This document shows positions 11,901-26,100 of a stretch of 44,937 bases of DNA, one piece after another (within the stretch, counting starts at the first letter, position 1; each line of letters begins with the position of its first letter). Origin of the DNA: Octopus bimaculoides (Eukaryota); the NCBI RefSeq assembly GCF_001194135.2, contig NC_068983.1, positions 101,875,144 to 101,920,080 of the forward strand. Reading direction: 5' to 3'. The notes under the pieces were generated by a model. That model had not been told where the DNA came from and ran no database searches. It saw only the letters and a list, made by a program, of their open reading frames with translations. The translations under genes and the position numbers were made by a program.

Positions 11901-13927
11901 CCCAGGGTAGTGTATTAGCAGAATAGTAAGAGCAACTCATGTTCTGGGTGTCCAGTCAGGTGAAGTGAATTTGTCGAAAAAGATGATGTCTTATAAAGAA
12001 ATGTAATGAAAAACTAAACTACCTTTCTATTCTCCCACAAAAATTCCATGACAAGTTTATACTGTTTATGAAGGAAGTCACCAACTACTGTTCATGGCCA
12101 GATGGTCCAGAAAAGAAACGAAAGATATTTAAAGTGTGATGGGACTTGATTATTAAGACTATAATCTTGCATATTATTAATATCATCTTTAGACATGAAA
12201 TATTTTATTTTGTAATATCTGCACTATTTTTTTTTACATCAGTTTGTTTTCTAGTCATTACTTGATGTCTTATTTCAAGATGTGTATATAGCACCAGACA
12301 GGGATTGAGCTGAGAACCTTTGTTTCTAAACTAAAGGTAATAACATTTTTCATCCACAAGGCCACTGATGCATGTCATTAATATCTGATGTATCAAGGTT
12401 AGATACTAAATGCATCAGAAACATGGAGCTATTTGAAATGGAAAAGAAGTAAACTAGAAATATCTAACCGCATTGATATCTCAAGTATCAAATGTCTAAC
12501 CATAAACAAACACACAAGAAATCTTTATCTTCACATGAAAATGTTCATTATTTTGAGAAAGTGTATTTGTCCACTTTTCAAGGAGAATTCAGATTACAAG
12601 TTTTACTGTGCCCCAGACAAACACCAATAAACTTGTGGTATAGAAATTTGTAGAAAATACTGAGTGAGGATTAAATAGTTGGCAGGAGGGAAGGGACACA
12701 TTTGTTCCTCATACCAAAAGCCTTATTAGAAAATTATGTAAGAGAAGAATAACATGACAACTCCACACAGCATTGCCATAGAGATTTAAACATAAACTCA
12801 GATTACTTACTTTGTTTATTGAGAAATATTTTATTCTTGTGCGTTTTTATGTTAGTATACCACTATAGTGACAGGTCACCAACCGACATGTTTGTCAAAC
12901 ATGTGATGTAAAAGAAATATATAATCTGATGGAATTGCAAGATATTTCTCATAATGTTTCTAGAAAATAAATTCAATACCATTCAATATTTACAACAAAT
13001 GGCATAAAAGGCATAAATAAACAATATAAAAGATTATAGATCATATTATTTCTGAAATTATGCTTGTTTAGTTGAAAACTACAGATTTGTTTTAGAATGT
13101 GAAGTATTCAAGTTTAAAATGACAACAATAATAGTTAACAGTAATTATTCATGCTTTAGTAATGACATAACTATAATAACACTGTTATTCATTCTTATGA
13201 GACTTTCTGATTGGAGTTTGAATCCATCTGGTGATACATCAATTTTACCTTTTGGCATCCACAAGGTGTCTTACCTAGTGTCTCTTGAGGAAGATAGATT
13301 CATTACTTTTCAGCCAGGAAATCATCTTACCACATATATGAATGATTATATGGTATCAACAAAACATATCTATTAGGTATGCTTTTTAGATATGAGAATA
13401 TAGGGCAAAGATGCATAGCAAATTTTGCTCTCACAATATGAAATTCTTTGTCAATGAGCAATTAGAATATCTTCGTCCATTTCCAAATTGTAAACAATAT
13501 TTGTTTTGAATTTCAGTTTCAAAATAACATTTTTATATTTCTGTCTTTCTCTAACTTTAGAAATGTCAACTTTGGTTATTTCCAGTGTCTCTTATGATAA
13601 TCACTTCAAGTTTGTTTCCTTTTTAATATAATTCTTGGAAAAAAATGTACATCAAGGCAGAACTATATACACCACAGTCTGTAGATTTGATGTATATAAA
13701 TAGAAACATTATGGCAGTGGAGTATGCTATAATGTACACCACGATAGTGCTATATATATATGGCTATCATGTATTCATGGTATATACACCCAGCCATGAT
13801 ATTCAACATGTAAAATGTTGGATATTGTTGGTGGGTGTATATACCATAAATAAATGTACATTACGGAAGTGGTGTGGAATATATCAGGTTGTGCATATGT
13901 ACCATGAATGCTATTGTTTATGTAGCA

Positions 13928-13929
<2 letters not shown>

Positions 13930-14005
<76 letters not shown>
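13930..14005. repeat. (TG)n(TA)n microsatellite inside a self-complementary RY-rich tract
   Basis: Directly visible. Confidence 0.97.
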
Positions 14006-14007
<2 letters not shown>

Positions 14008-16554
14008 CAATGGTGCATATCTTGGCAATTGTGTATATACCTATATACCATGGTGTGCATCATAACAGTCATGTATATACATATATATATCACACTATAC
14101 ATCATTGCAGTGATACATAGCTATGGTACATGCATTTTGTTACACATTATGCATTATGTTATAGATTATACATGCTAATGTTCCCTGCACCAACTTTGTG
14201 CACTATATTGCATATGTACTTTCAGCAACACTGTTTCATTTTAAATTAGTACGACAATATCTTGGTGATGCTGAAACAAATAATGAAAAATAAAATTCAG
14301 GAAGTCTTGATAAAATAGTTATATTACCAAAGTGATATCTGTGAAAATATTCATTCATTGAGGAATCACAAAATGCAGTAGTTATGAAATGTTGCTCTTT
14401 CCCAAGAGAAGAATATTGTTTTAACAGTTAGAATAATCTATTAGGATGGAAGAAATCTTTTGCATGTTATTCACAGAGAATAATGCTTTTCAAAAACAGA
14501 GAAAAGGAATAAAAATTTTTTCATAAATTCTCATATCAAGAACATTTATAAAATTTTGTTTCAATGAAAACTAAATTTCTCTTTCCTTAACAACTATTTG
14601 TTCCTGTCTGCCATAATTATAGAATCCAGCAGAGGTTAACTTGCTGCTGTTAATCTTTTACCATTGTTGTTTGAAGTTGACTTTTTCCTTCAAAGTTTCG
14701 TGGAAAACATCCATTTCTCTCTCTTTTATATTACACATTATTTCAGGTATATATTTGTGTGTGTCTGTGTGTTTCTTTCATTACCTACCACTACACTGTT
14801 TCATTTCAAAGTAGAGGACATTGTGGAAAGAGAATTAATGTCTGAATTCTGATGCACATAATAAATACTATAGTTGATATAAAAAGGGAAAAACAATTCA
14901 AAGAAATCTATACAATGTTCATCATATGATGAAAATTATCAACAACCATGAAAAGAACTCTGTAGGAAAGGTTATATTATTACTTTCAATCTGTACACGT
15001 TATAGTGTTTTTATTCCCAGACAATGAATATGGTGATGATATGTGTTATTTGTTCATGTTTAGCTTTGGACTTGCTTTGTTATAATAGCTTTCTTTTAAA
15101 GATAAAAAAAAAAAACAATCAATTGACATATTTTGAGATAGTCACTAACATTGGTTCTTGGATGAGCTGGAGGGAGTGGAAGATATCACAGCTTGAATTG
15201 GGAAGCATGTTTGTTTCAGCAATTTTTGACCATCAAGACAATTATCTGCAAGAAAATAAAAAAATTACTCTTTTAACTAGCATAAAAGTTGTTTTTTTTT
15301 AAATTGCTAAGATTAAAATCAATTTATTTAAAAGCAGTATTTTGCAAGCATCTTATTTGAAGTATGTTAAAGAGAGAGAGATATTAGAACTATCATAATT
15401 GCAAAATCCTTTGTAACTTTCATTAAAAAATGTACTATGAGCTATATCTTTTAAGCCATATGACTTGATAACATGTACCACACATTTTCTAATTATTTTA
15501 TGAGCCTATGTAGTCACAACCATAACCTCTCAGCACCCTTTTACATACAGCGTAATGAAACTTCCAAGATCTGACAGCAGGTAACAGAGAAGGCTGCATC
15601 AGCACCCAGTTGGTATTAATGACAGCCTCTTCTCAAAATCTGCTGAATAAACAGGAAGGATATTTTAGTTGGGTTGTTCCATACATTATCTATTAATAAA
15701 GTAATACATATATTAAAAAAAAAAAAGGTAACAAACTTAAAAATAGATTTAGAAAAGCCTGCATATCAGGGTTCTTTCTTAATGAAACTCATTATATCAT
15801 AGAAATTGTTTCCATAATTTCCTAGCTCCACTGAGTAATGATTATAAGGAAAAGGGGGAAGAGCTAATAATAGCTCAAAATTACAAATGTTGACAGATAT
15901 ATTTAAGTTCATATCAGAAGATTCAAAGAACTTTATTTTGTGAGTCTAAAATAATTTGATTTTATTACATTGAGTAAACAAACCATCACTGACATCTCAA
16001 GTGAATCATTTAGCAGATCAGTAGCTGTACATTATCTTACTCTTTATATTAATACAAAAAAGATGCAATTCTATGAAATTCCTACTGAAATTTTGCTACA
16101 TTTTAGTCTTCTTCACAGTCCCTTATCAAAGATAGAATTCATTGGAAATAGAGATCTATTTAAAGATTTTGTATATAAAGATATCTCAACACAAGGTTAT
16201 ATGATACCAAGTTTACCTTATAATACAGACTTCCTGTTCAAAAGTGATTTAAATTGAAACCTGCCATCACAATTTCATATTAATTCCAAAGAACAGATAA
16301 ATAATAAAGTTATTTTAGTAAATTCTTTCATTTTTAAAATTAAATGTAACAAAGGCAGTCTATTTCAGCAGAAATATAGAAACAAAATGGTGAAGGTGCT
16401 ATAAATCACAGCAGATACCATCCCTATCAACATATTTGCATATATTTTATCTGCTTGAATAAAATATTTAAGGTTTATAGGAAATTTTAAATTAGAATTT
16501 TTAAAAATTTCTTTCATACGCAAAAATATTTGAAAGCCCAAATTACCATTGAAG

Positions 16555-16666
16555 TCACTTGTCTCTCATGGCATTCATACGACATTGCACTGCTTTCAAG
16601 ATCTGAGATTCCACCCCAGACCTTTGCGTGTTAATTTCAGCGCTGCCAACTTGGCTATCTTCATAC
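16555..16666 (-). CDS. PARP8: PARP6/8 terminal coding exon (V)YEDSQVGSAEINTQRSGVESQILKAVQCRMNAMRDK*
   Basis: tttattttcag|G TAT ... TGA. Matches the PARP8 C-terminus YEDGQVGDANINTQ. Confidence 0.95.
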
Positions 16667-19600
16667 CTGAAAATAAACAAAAAGAATTCAGAAAACTTTT
16701 GGAATGAGAAACTGTTACATATGTAACAGTTTACAGAAATTAAATCTATATGATTTAATTTAGTGTCAAATTGGTTCACATAATTGTTTAGTGGTGTTCA
16801 TGAATATCACTTTAGTTGACTCTTTGCCTGCAAAGAACTGATTTTCCTCTAAGTATGAAAATTAATTATTGAATAAGATACTTAATTTATTCAAATTATT
16901 TTCCCTTCTCATTGAGAATCACTATTACTGCCAGATTTTTTTTTCTGCAACTAACAGGGAAATTTCAATTAATTGAGATTGCCTTGCATATGGCATTCAG
17001 TACATCACTCCTTAACTTATTTATATTATACAAACTTGATATTCTCTTCAACTTTCCATTTAAAACAGTATTTTGTAGAGCATTAGTTCTACAAAAACTA
17101 AAGTTTCCTAATACATGAATTGAAAAAAATTACTAATTATGCCAAGATATTTTATGAGTTTAAAAAAAACCCAGAAATTAAAAAGTATTTTAAAGCAGAA
17201 TTCAGAAAAATATTATTTAAATACTTCCACCTAAAAATATTAGAACATTCCATACTTACACAAAGAAAAATCTAGTACACACATATTCACTTTTTGTACA
17301 CACCCAGACATTGCCATGTTTTTCCAACTCAGGAGCTTTGACAACTAAAATGAAATTTTTAAAAATGGAATTAATATGAGGATATAAAAGATTGGACATG
17401 GATCCTAATAATAATAATAATAATTATGATAAGGAACAAGATAGGTCTAAGTAAGAAATCAAAACTTTTGATCTAGAAGGATACTGATTTCAGCAATTCA
17501 ACTGCAATTTAGAGAACTTGTAGATATGAGATTCAAAATCTTCCATAGATAATGGTTTCAAATTATCTTGACCCTAGTGTTCAACTAGTACTTTTTTAAT
17601 CGACCCTAAAAGGATGAAAGGAAAAATTGACCTCAGCAGAATTTGAACTCAGAACTTTGAACTATGCATTTTGTCCAGCATGCTAATGAGTCTGTCAATT
17701 CACTACCTTGAAATCTTCTATAGATAATGTCATTTTCCAAATATTTCAAAACATATTTATGTTGAAATTCATTCTTTAAAACACTGACATAATGGCAATT
17801 TGAATAATCCAAGTAAAATTTAGCCCTGAAACTGCCCAATTTTTTAATTGAATCATGTATTTCCACAAGTGAAATATTATATTAATTCATATATAATGTA
17901 AGAAATATAAGTTTTGTCAATATTTTCCTGAGTTTCATAGCATCAAATACAACATTATTGCATGTTTAATGTCTCTGATGAAATATCATGAAATCTTTCC
18001 TAAAAAAATATGTGACAAATTTATTATCATTTGTATGGATTAATGATTAGACAGATATCGTAAGTTATAGAATTGAAACCATCTATCTCGATAGCATCAA
18101 CATTAGAATTATTTATAAGGACAAACACATGAATTTCATTGTCTTTAATTATCAGTTGGTCACTTTGTTGTACTGTATTGTAAAAAATATCAGAGGAACC
18201 TAATCTTGGGCTGAGGCGTTACGATGATACAAGACAAGAATAAATTTATTTAGAAAGGTTCTTTCCTTAAACAATGGTATTATCATAAGTATTTCGTTGT
18301 TTCTTTTTAACTTCATTGTATCAATTTTTCTACGTCTGGATTGTAGGTTTATCGATGGGGAACGTCTATTTTTACACTCTGATTATATTATAGTTTTAAT
18401 TTGCCTTGCCAATTAGAATCGTATGTGCAGAATTACGAAATAAAAATATACAAGGAAAATAACTCTAAGATAAGGAAAATTCAAGGGAGGCGACTCTGAC
18501 AAGGCTTAGAATTTTTCCAATTTCTTTGAAATTCATGTAGTATAAGAGATCACAGATTGTGATGAATAATAAATAAACAATAACTAATGATAATAATAAA
18601 GCTAAAATGAAGATCAAATAAATTGTGCATGTGTTTAGAGGCAAACTGATCGTCCCAAAATGTAACACTTATAAAGTAATTAAGATTTCCATAATTATTT
18701 CTATAATTACATGAATGAAATCTTCATATTCATTTTCAAACATAGCAAGAGAAATTATTAGTATTGTAATTCTGAATGAGTTCCTTTCAAAATGTCATTA
18801 TATTTTTAGAACTATGGATCTTGAAGTAGATAAACTATAAATAATAGCATATATCGAGTTAAGAATCCTACTGGATAGAAAAAGTCAACAATAAATACTT
18901 TTATTTTTCACCAGTTTCTTACTGTTCACTTTTATAACGTGTTTTTTTTTTTTTCCTTTTTGCATTACGTTTTGTCCCTCAACATTTTGTGTTCTGCCAA
19001 AATAAAATTTGTCTTTGATCCTCCAAGATTGATAAAATAAATCCAAGCTACATAGTATATATTCAATCAATTTTCCCCCTACACCTTATAAATTTTTAGT
19101 ATGAAATCATTATTTGAATTCACTTTTCTAGTTAGAGTGTTTTATATTTACGGATGAAACAATATGAGTAATGTTACCTTTGCGCATTCGCTTAAAATAA
19201 ATAGTAATAAAATAATTATTTTTTCTCAGGTACCTACCTTCACATAGGGCTATACAATTTATGTTATCACTCTGTAAGAATCTATTTTTATGCTGTAAGA
19301 GAAACAAATGTAACTCAGATAAATAATTAAAAAAACGTTATTGATTTGAATTTGGAATGATTAAGAAAAAGATATCTGAATGTACCATGGGATGCTGAAA
19401 AGTTCCTGGCTTTAAGGGTATCACAAAAAAGCCTGGTTAGAGGTCCAACCTTCTGAGTTCTTTTACAGGGTTTAGAAAAACTGAAGGACTGCTGCAATAA
19501 GTTTGTGAATCTGAGGGGGGAATGTGTTGAATAAAATCATAATTAACTGATCCTCCTGTATTTTCTTTTACTCAAAGCCAGGATATTTTCAGCACTTCCT

Positions 19601-21471
19601 TATAAGAACAGGCACTTTATAATAACAATGAGCTTATTATATAAAGTTCGCAGCTACATTACAACTTAGAACTTGTGACCTTTTGTATGTAAAGTAGACA
19701 CAATAACCACTACACAACAGAACCATCATACATTACACTAACAGGCAATATTTTACCTGTTGTACTGTACAGTAAGTAATGTTGTAGTTGTTATGCAACC
19801 AAAAGCACTGACTAGTGATGCCTTAGCTGCTATCCTACAAACGTCAGTGTGCAGTAACCCCCAATTAAAGACATAACACTTGCAAGTTCAATATACCTTG
19901 GTAGTTCTCATATTGTTTTCTACCACCTTACAGAGATTGCTCAAAGGCTGTTAATAGTGATGGTATTCCAAGATGGGTGTTGGGCTTATTGTTACCACTT
20001 TGAAAATTATTGTGCAATTATCTTCTATAATTTTGTGTTACCAATTCTTCTGGGTGATGATATAGTATAGAAGAGGGGCTGGGATGAAGAGTATAGGCAA
20101 GGAGATTCTGGAATGAAAATACTTTGGAATCACTGTTGTAAACTGCTCTTAGTTGTATGTAGCAGGAAACCCCTATAACTGAATAGTGCTTCATTCATTA
20201 GGACTCCTTTTTAGTATATGTGTATTGTTACCTGTTCCACAGTAGCGAGGCAATATGTCTATTATACTGTGCAATAAAATTTTAATTTTTTATGTCTTTG
20301 GTCAGAAATGTTATTTCCTATTTGCTTTTATCTAGAAATCAAGGGAAATGACTACTGTTCCCTTCAAAATTTATTTTTGAGACCTGGACATCAATGTTTT
20401 GAAACTGACCTATTTTCCATTACATTTCAGATTTATTTTCCATTACATTTTCTGTTACATTTCAGTGCTGAGTTACTGAAGCAGAAATAATATTATAGCA
20501 AATATTTTGATCAATATCACAGATTTGCTTATGAGTTGCTTGACTATAACCACTTGAACATGTTCCTTAGTGGCTGAGAATATGTGAATCTCTCATCAGG
20601 AGCAGAGTAGTGTGGGGAGCATGACAGTCACGTGTTGAGAAGGATTCTTTGGGATTTGAATAAATATCATAACAAAAGCAAAGTTTGATGGAAATATTAT
20701 CCATTTTTCATACATTCTAGAGGAAAGCAAATACAAAATAACAGTTGCTACCCAAGGACAAAAATCATGTTACACAGTGTTATTATTCAGTTCGTGGTGG
20801 TGACAGAAAACAGGGAGATAACATAAAATACATAAGGAAAACAAAGATAAGATAACTTGTACCCATAGAGGACTTCCTGTATCTTGAGTTGAATTATCTT
20901 TACATGTAAGTACACATTCATATACATACACACATATTTTCTCTTTCTCTCTCCCTCCCTTTCTCTGAAGAATGCTACTGCCTTACCTGAGGTATAGTAG
21001 TTGTATTTGGAGCTGTGTGAAATGTGTAGAAGCCATGACCCATCTTAGAATAGCGAAAGGATATGCTGGAGATTGGGCTCAAGTATATCCCTTTACCGTA
21101 GGCTGCACCATTCACCTAGCAAGAAATTTCAGCAGACTTTTAGTGATTAGCTTAACATTGATTTTAAACATTTCTACAAGATCACAAATTCTTTGCAAGA
21201 ATACAATTGATTAAATCAACTCTAGTGCTTGACTGCTAGTTATTTTATTTATTTCAGAAGGTTGAAACATAAAGCCAATGCCAGTGAGATTCGAAATTAG
21301 ATTATTAGAATAAGTAAATAGATATTGCAAAGTATTTTGTCAAGCCCTCTACAGATTTTACCTTCCACTAGCCTCTGTAATTATCTTGATATAAACAATA
21401 TGTACAGAAGATGCAATAGTGATATGTGTCCTTATAGTTATGTTACTACATGTACACAATTGCATTGCAAC

Positions 21472-21561
<90 letters not shown>

Positions 21562-22552
21562 CGTGTGTGTGTGTGCACGCGTATACACATATGACAGTTT
21601 TGTATGTGCAATGATTAAGAAAATATTCTGGTCTGGTGACATGATAGATCTCATAACAATGATGCTCCATCTCTGACATATTTCATACAATACTAATTTA
21701 ATCCTATTACTGTACATGTTTGACTTTTAGCTAAAAATATCTTAACATGGACATCTGTTTGATTAAAGAATCATTACCTGTTTAACTGAAACACCTTCTA
21801 TTAACTCACACTTATCTTAATTGTAACAAAGCAGGATAATAACTATGACCCTTCTCACTTTAATTAGCTAGAGACAGTGAGAACTGACAAAAGATGAAAG
21901 AAAAAAAAACATTTATAATTTTAGTTTAACCTAAAACTTCGTTTAAATTTTATATTTTAAACGAAAGTTTCGTTAAGATAAGATTTACATTTAATATTCC
22001 TGTTAGTTTATATTCTAATAAACGTAAAGTTAATAATGTCATGTTCATAATTTTCAGTAAGATCAGTATTACATTTCTTTTTAATAATATTGTTTAACAT
22101 TTTTATATCTTGATATAATAAGTATTTTTATATATATTCATTTGTTATTTATTGTTGGTTGATATATACATTCATTTTATTATTATTATTGTTGTATTTT
22201 GACCTGAAGATTAGCCATTTTTGAATAGAATTGATTTTCGATCGATTTAATCGATTTGATTATATTTTATTTTCTATTTGAAAATTTGGTTATGAAACAT
22301 GTGTAGTCGTTTTATTATTATTATCTTATGATTTTTACTTTGTATTTTATTATACTTCTTTTTAATATATTTACTTATTATTTTTTTCTATATGTGACTG
22401 TGGATTTTCATGGATGAGTTCATGAACTTTGGTTCTTTTCTATAAATTACATATTTATATATTATATACTGTGAAACTTAATTTAATTTTAATTTTTGAT
22501 AAATTGAATTTGATTGAGTTTTTACCTGTAAATTTGGATTTTTATCCCTAAT

Positions 22553-22601
<49 letters not shown>

Positions 22602-23112
22602 TAGCAGCTAAGCCTGGTTTCACCCGGTCAGTTTGGATGATGTGGCTGTAAAACCTGCTCTGTGTAAAGCATTCAACTTGTTTGGGCATGATTATGTTAA
22701 AAAACAATTTTAGAATGACTTTTATCTGTCAAAATACTAAAAATAACTTACCAACAAAACAAAAAAAAACCCAACCAAATCAAAAAATAAACCCAAATAC
22801 TAAGCGAACAAAGATGAACCATCCCACTTCCATTGTGTGTGCACATGCGCACACACACACATTCACATACCCTCCTTTTACTTACACAAATATTAAAAAT
22901 ATTAAAATGTATATTGTCCTTTAAGAGTTTGTAAAAGTAATCCCTCCTATAATTCGGAAAATTCATATTTTTCGTTTGTGGAAATTTTAAATGATATATA
23001 TTTTTTTTAAAATTGATATGTTTTTCAGGATATTTAAGAATTCTGTATATAATTATAGTAAAGTTAATATAAGCTCAATAATATATTCCTTTTGAATATT
23101 CTTTATAAAATT

Positions 23113-23152
<40 letters not shown>

Positions 23153-26100
23153 CACACATATCTATGTGTGTGTGTGTGTGTGTGTGTCTTTGTATCTGCG
23201 TTTGTCCCCCACTACTGCTTGACAACCAGTGTTGGTGTGTTTATTTCCCCGTTATTTAGCAGTTTGGCAAAAGTGACTGATAGAATAAGTACCAGGCTTA
23301 AAAAAAAAGTACTGGGGGTTGATTTATTTGACTAAAAATTCCTCATGGTGGTGCCCCAGCATAGCCACTGTCTAATGACTGAAACAAGTAAGAGATAACT
23401 TTTGGAGTATGACAGTTATGGATAAATAAAGGAGATACTATGGAATTACACAACTTGTGAGAAATATCACACCCTATACTCTAAAAAGGAGAAAGACATC
23501 TCAAAGCTGTTTGTGCTGACATAGGGTTAAACAACAATATATGACAGAATTTTAATTTGAAATTATAACTATGACATTTTTAAATGGTTTGTCACTTCAG
23601 TTTGGCAATGATTATCACATCTTTGCATTTCTGGTTCTTCAGCAAGATTTCAGTGTTAGAAAGAGATCAATTTAGAGCTCAAGAATACAATTTAGACCTA
23701 ATGATGTAAACGACAACTTGTCTAATTTGCTTGTATTTGTTTGGACACTAGCATTATCACTTACAGGTCTCCAGTGGATCAATTACTGGTTCACTGTATT
23801 ATTAATCACCAGAGCAACAAGGCAAGATGTCTCACTTGATATAGAATAAATATTAGTTTCAAATTTTGGCACAAGGCCAGCAAGTTTGGGGGAGGGTGTA
23901 AGTTAATTACATTGATCTCACTGCTCAACTGGTACTTATTTTTATCGACCCCAAAAGGATGAAAGGCAAAGTCAACCATGGCAGAATTTAAACTCAGAAC
24001 TTAAAAGCAGATGAAATACCATTAAGCATTTTGTCCAGCATGCTAACAATTAAACCAGCTCACTGCCTTATGATATAGCATATTAGTTTCAAATTTTGGC
24101 ACAAGGCCAGCAATTTCAGGGATGGGGATAAAATGATTACATTGACCCCAATGCACAACTGGTACTTACTTTTATTGACCTCGAAAAGATGAAAGACAAA
24201 GTTGACCGTGACAGAATTTGAACTTAGAACATAGAGACGGGTAAAATACTGCTAAGCATTTTGCCTGGTATGCTAACATTTCTGCCAGCTCACCACCTTA
24301 TGTTATAGAATAAATATTGCAAAGACATCATCCTAAGAGCACCAACTTTATTGGTTTTCTCACTAGTGTTTACATCCTTTGCTTATATACATTGGTGAAA
24401 GCTAAGCACACATATATAAATGGAAACAAGAAATTCATAAACTTGAAGTTATAATAAAAGGCATTTGAAAAGGTACTACACATAGAATCATTTGGCAGCA
24501 AAACAAATTTCTTAGCTATAAAGTCATGCTTATACCATTGTAATTATTTGTTTGGTTGTTATAATTATATACTTGATAATTACAATTATTTACATGGTCA
24601 TTACAATTTGATATACTAACAAAGTTATTAAATCCCCATCTTCTTTCTGGTGTCTAAATATCTGTTGTTTGTAGACTTCTATTTCTTAGTTTTGAGAATC
24701 AATTGCATCATTTTAAGCCAAAGAGGAAGTCTCTCTGTAGCTTGACTTACTAGTAATAGAAGTCAAGTCTTTGTCAAGTCACACCCTACTGTTTAGTTGT
24801 ATAGTTCTAGTTATACTAGAACTGGAAAAAAAAATCATGTGATGGAAGAGTGTTATTGTCTGCTTGAAGCATTGTAGGTTACAGCTGCTACGCTTTTTAT
24901 CATACATCTCCTTTATGAAGAATGATCTGGAGCAAAACAGCATTACTATAATCACCTTTTTTGTTAAATATTGAACTCATACTTGTTGTGTATTCACAAT
25001 ATATACTTTATTTAACATCAAGCATTTGTATTGCTTTATAAAATCTATTCTTTTATTTTTCATGTATATTTTTTATCTATAAAAAGAAATTAATATCTTT
25101 ACAGCAATTAATATTTTGACAACAATTAGCTTCCTGTAAATAGTTTCTGGTTCTATTCTCATGGAAAAATCAAGACAAGCATTAATACAATTTGATAGGA
25201 ATTGGTTTACTTTTCTACACAAGTAGAAACAATAGAATTAGAACATCTGACTGGTATTCATATTAGGGGACTTTTATTGTTCACACCTGTGATAATAATG
25301 CATATTTTTTTCTATTAATAACTGAAAGAAAATTGACTCTGAATTACCTGATATTTTGTTCCTGATGCATTGAGGAGACCAATTCTCAGTATAGAATGCC
25401 AGTTCTCAATACTTGAACCACTGAGTAACAAAGAATACAGAATTACAGGTACACAGTAAAACATGTGTTTACACATCAGCAAAGCTAATATTTAATTAAG
25501 TTTATTGTATTAGGCAGTCATCAATAATTTACTATTGAAATTTGAAACCTCTTCAGAAATCTTATTGAGAATACAACTCTCCTCGATATCTGAAATGGTT
25601 TCACACTCAAGTGAATAAAATCTATGAACCAATTTCCATTTTAGATCTTGGACTTTGGAGAATATTGCCAATACTTTTAGAAAATACTTAAATACCACAA
25701 TATTCACTTTCAGTTTTTCCCCTTCTTCTATTAAACTTTAAAGCTTTTACTGTTGAGTCCTACATTGTTCTGGTGAATACAACATAATTATTGTAATCAA
25801 CTTGATTACTAGATAGTTAATTTTTAAAATTCATTTTAAAATCACATCATCTAGGTTTGGTACTTCCACCAAGTTTTGCAGATTCATAGTTTTTCTTGGA
25901 ATAGATACAGTAGTGTTTTCTCATTCTTTCTACTGATTATTTACAGTTTATTCTGCTAGTCTTATCTTCCCCTGGGCTTACTCTTGATGCACAGGGTCTT
26001 AACCCGTTTGGCAGAGGGACTAGTTCACATGAGATCAGGGCATGTCTACACACCAGTGGGCTCATGTAACATGTCTAGAAGGCCAGTCCTCTTCTGAGCC

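Noticed and set aside
14650-14715. Possible minus-strand first exon MDVFHETLKEKVNFKQQ with donor TG|gtaaag, phase-compatible with 8161-8218
   Set aside because: The only support is phase compatibility; no homology or promoter evidence.
19178-19190. 13-nt micro-exon candidate (ttttaag|CGAATGCGCAAAG|gtaaca) on the PARP8 strand
   Set aside because: It would leave a 47-nt intron and shift the frame. The flanking exons already join in phase.
20580-20600. CTGATGA plus a 4-bp stem on the minus strand
   Set aside because: No GAAA follows helix II; it appears to be part of a SINE-like fragment.
23837-24318. Regularly spaced short repeats as a CRISPR-like array
   Set aside because: The context is eukaryotic and the 'spacers' are homologous SINE copies.
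25510-25730. 65-aa minus-strand ORF next to a PARP8 exon
   Set aside because: No similarity to PARP6/8, no good donor, and not needed for the gene model.
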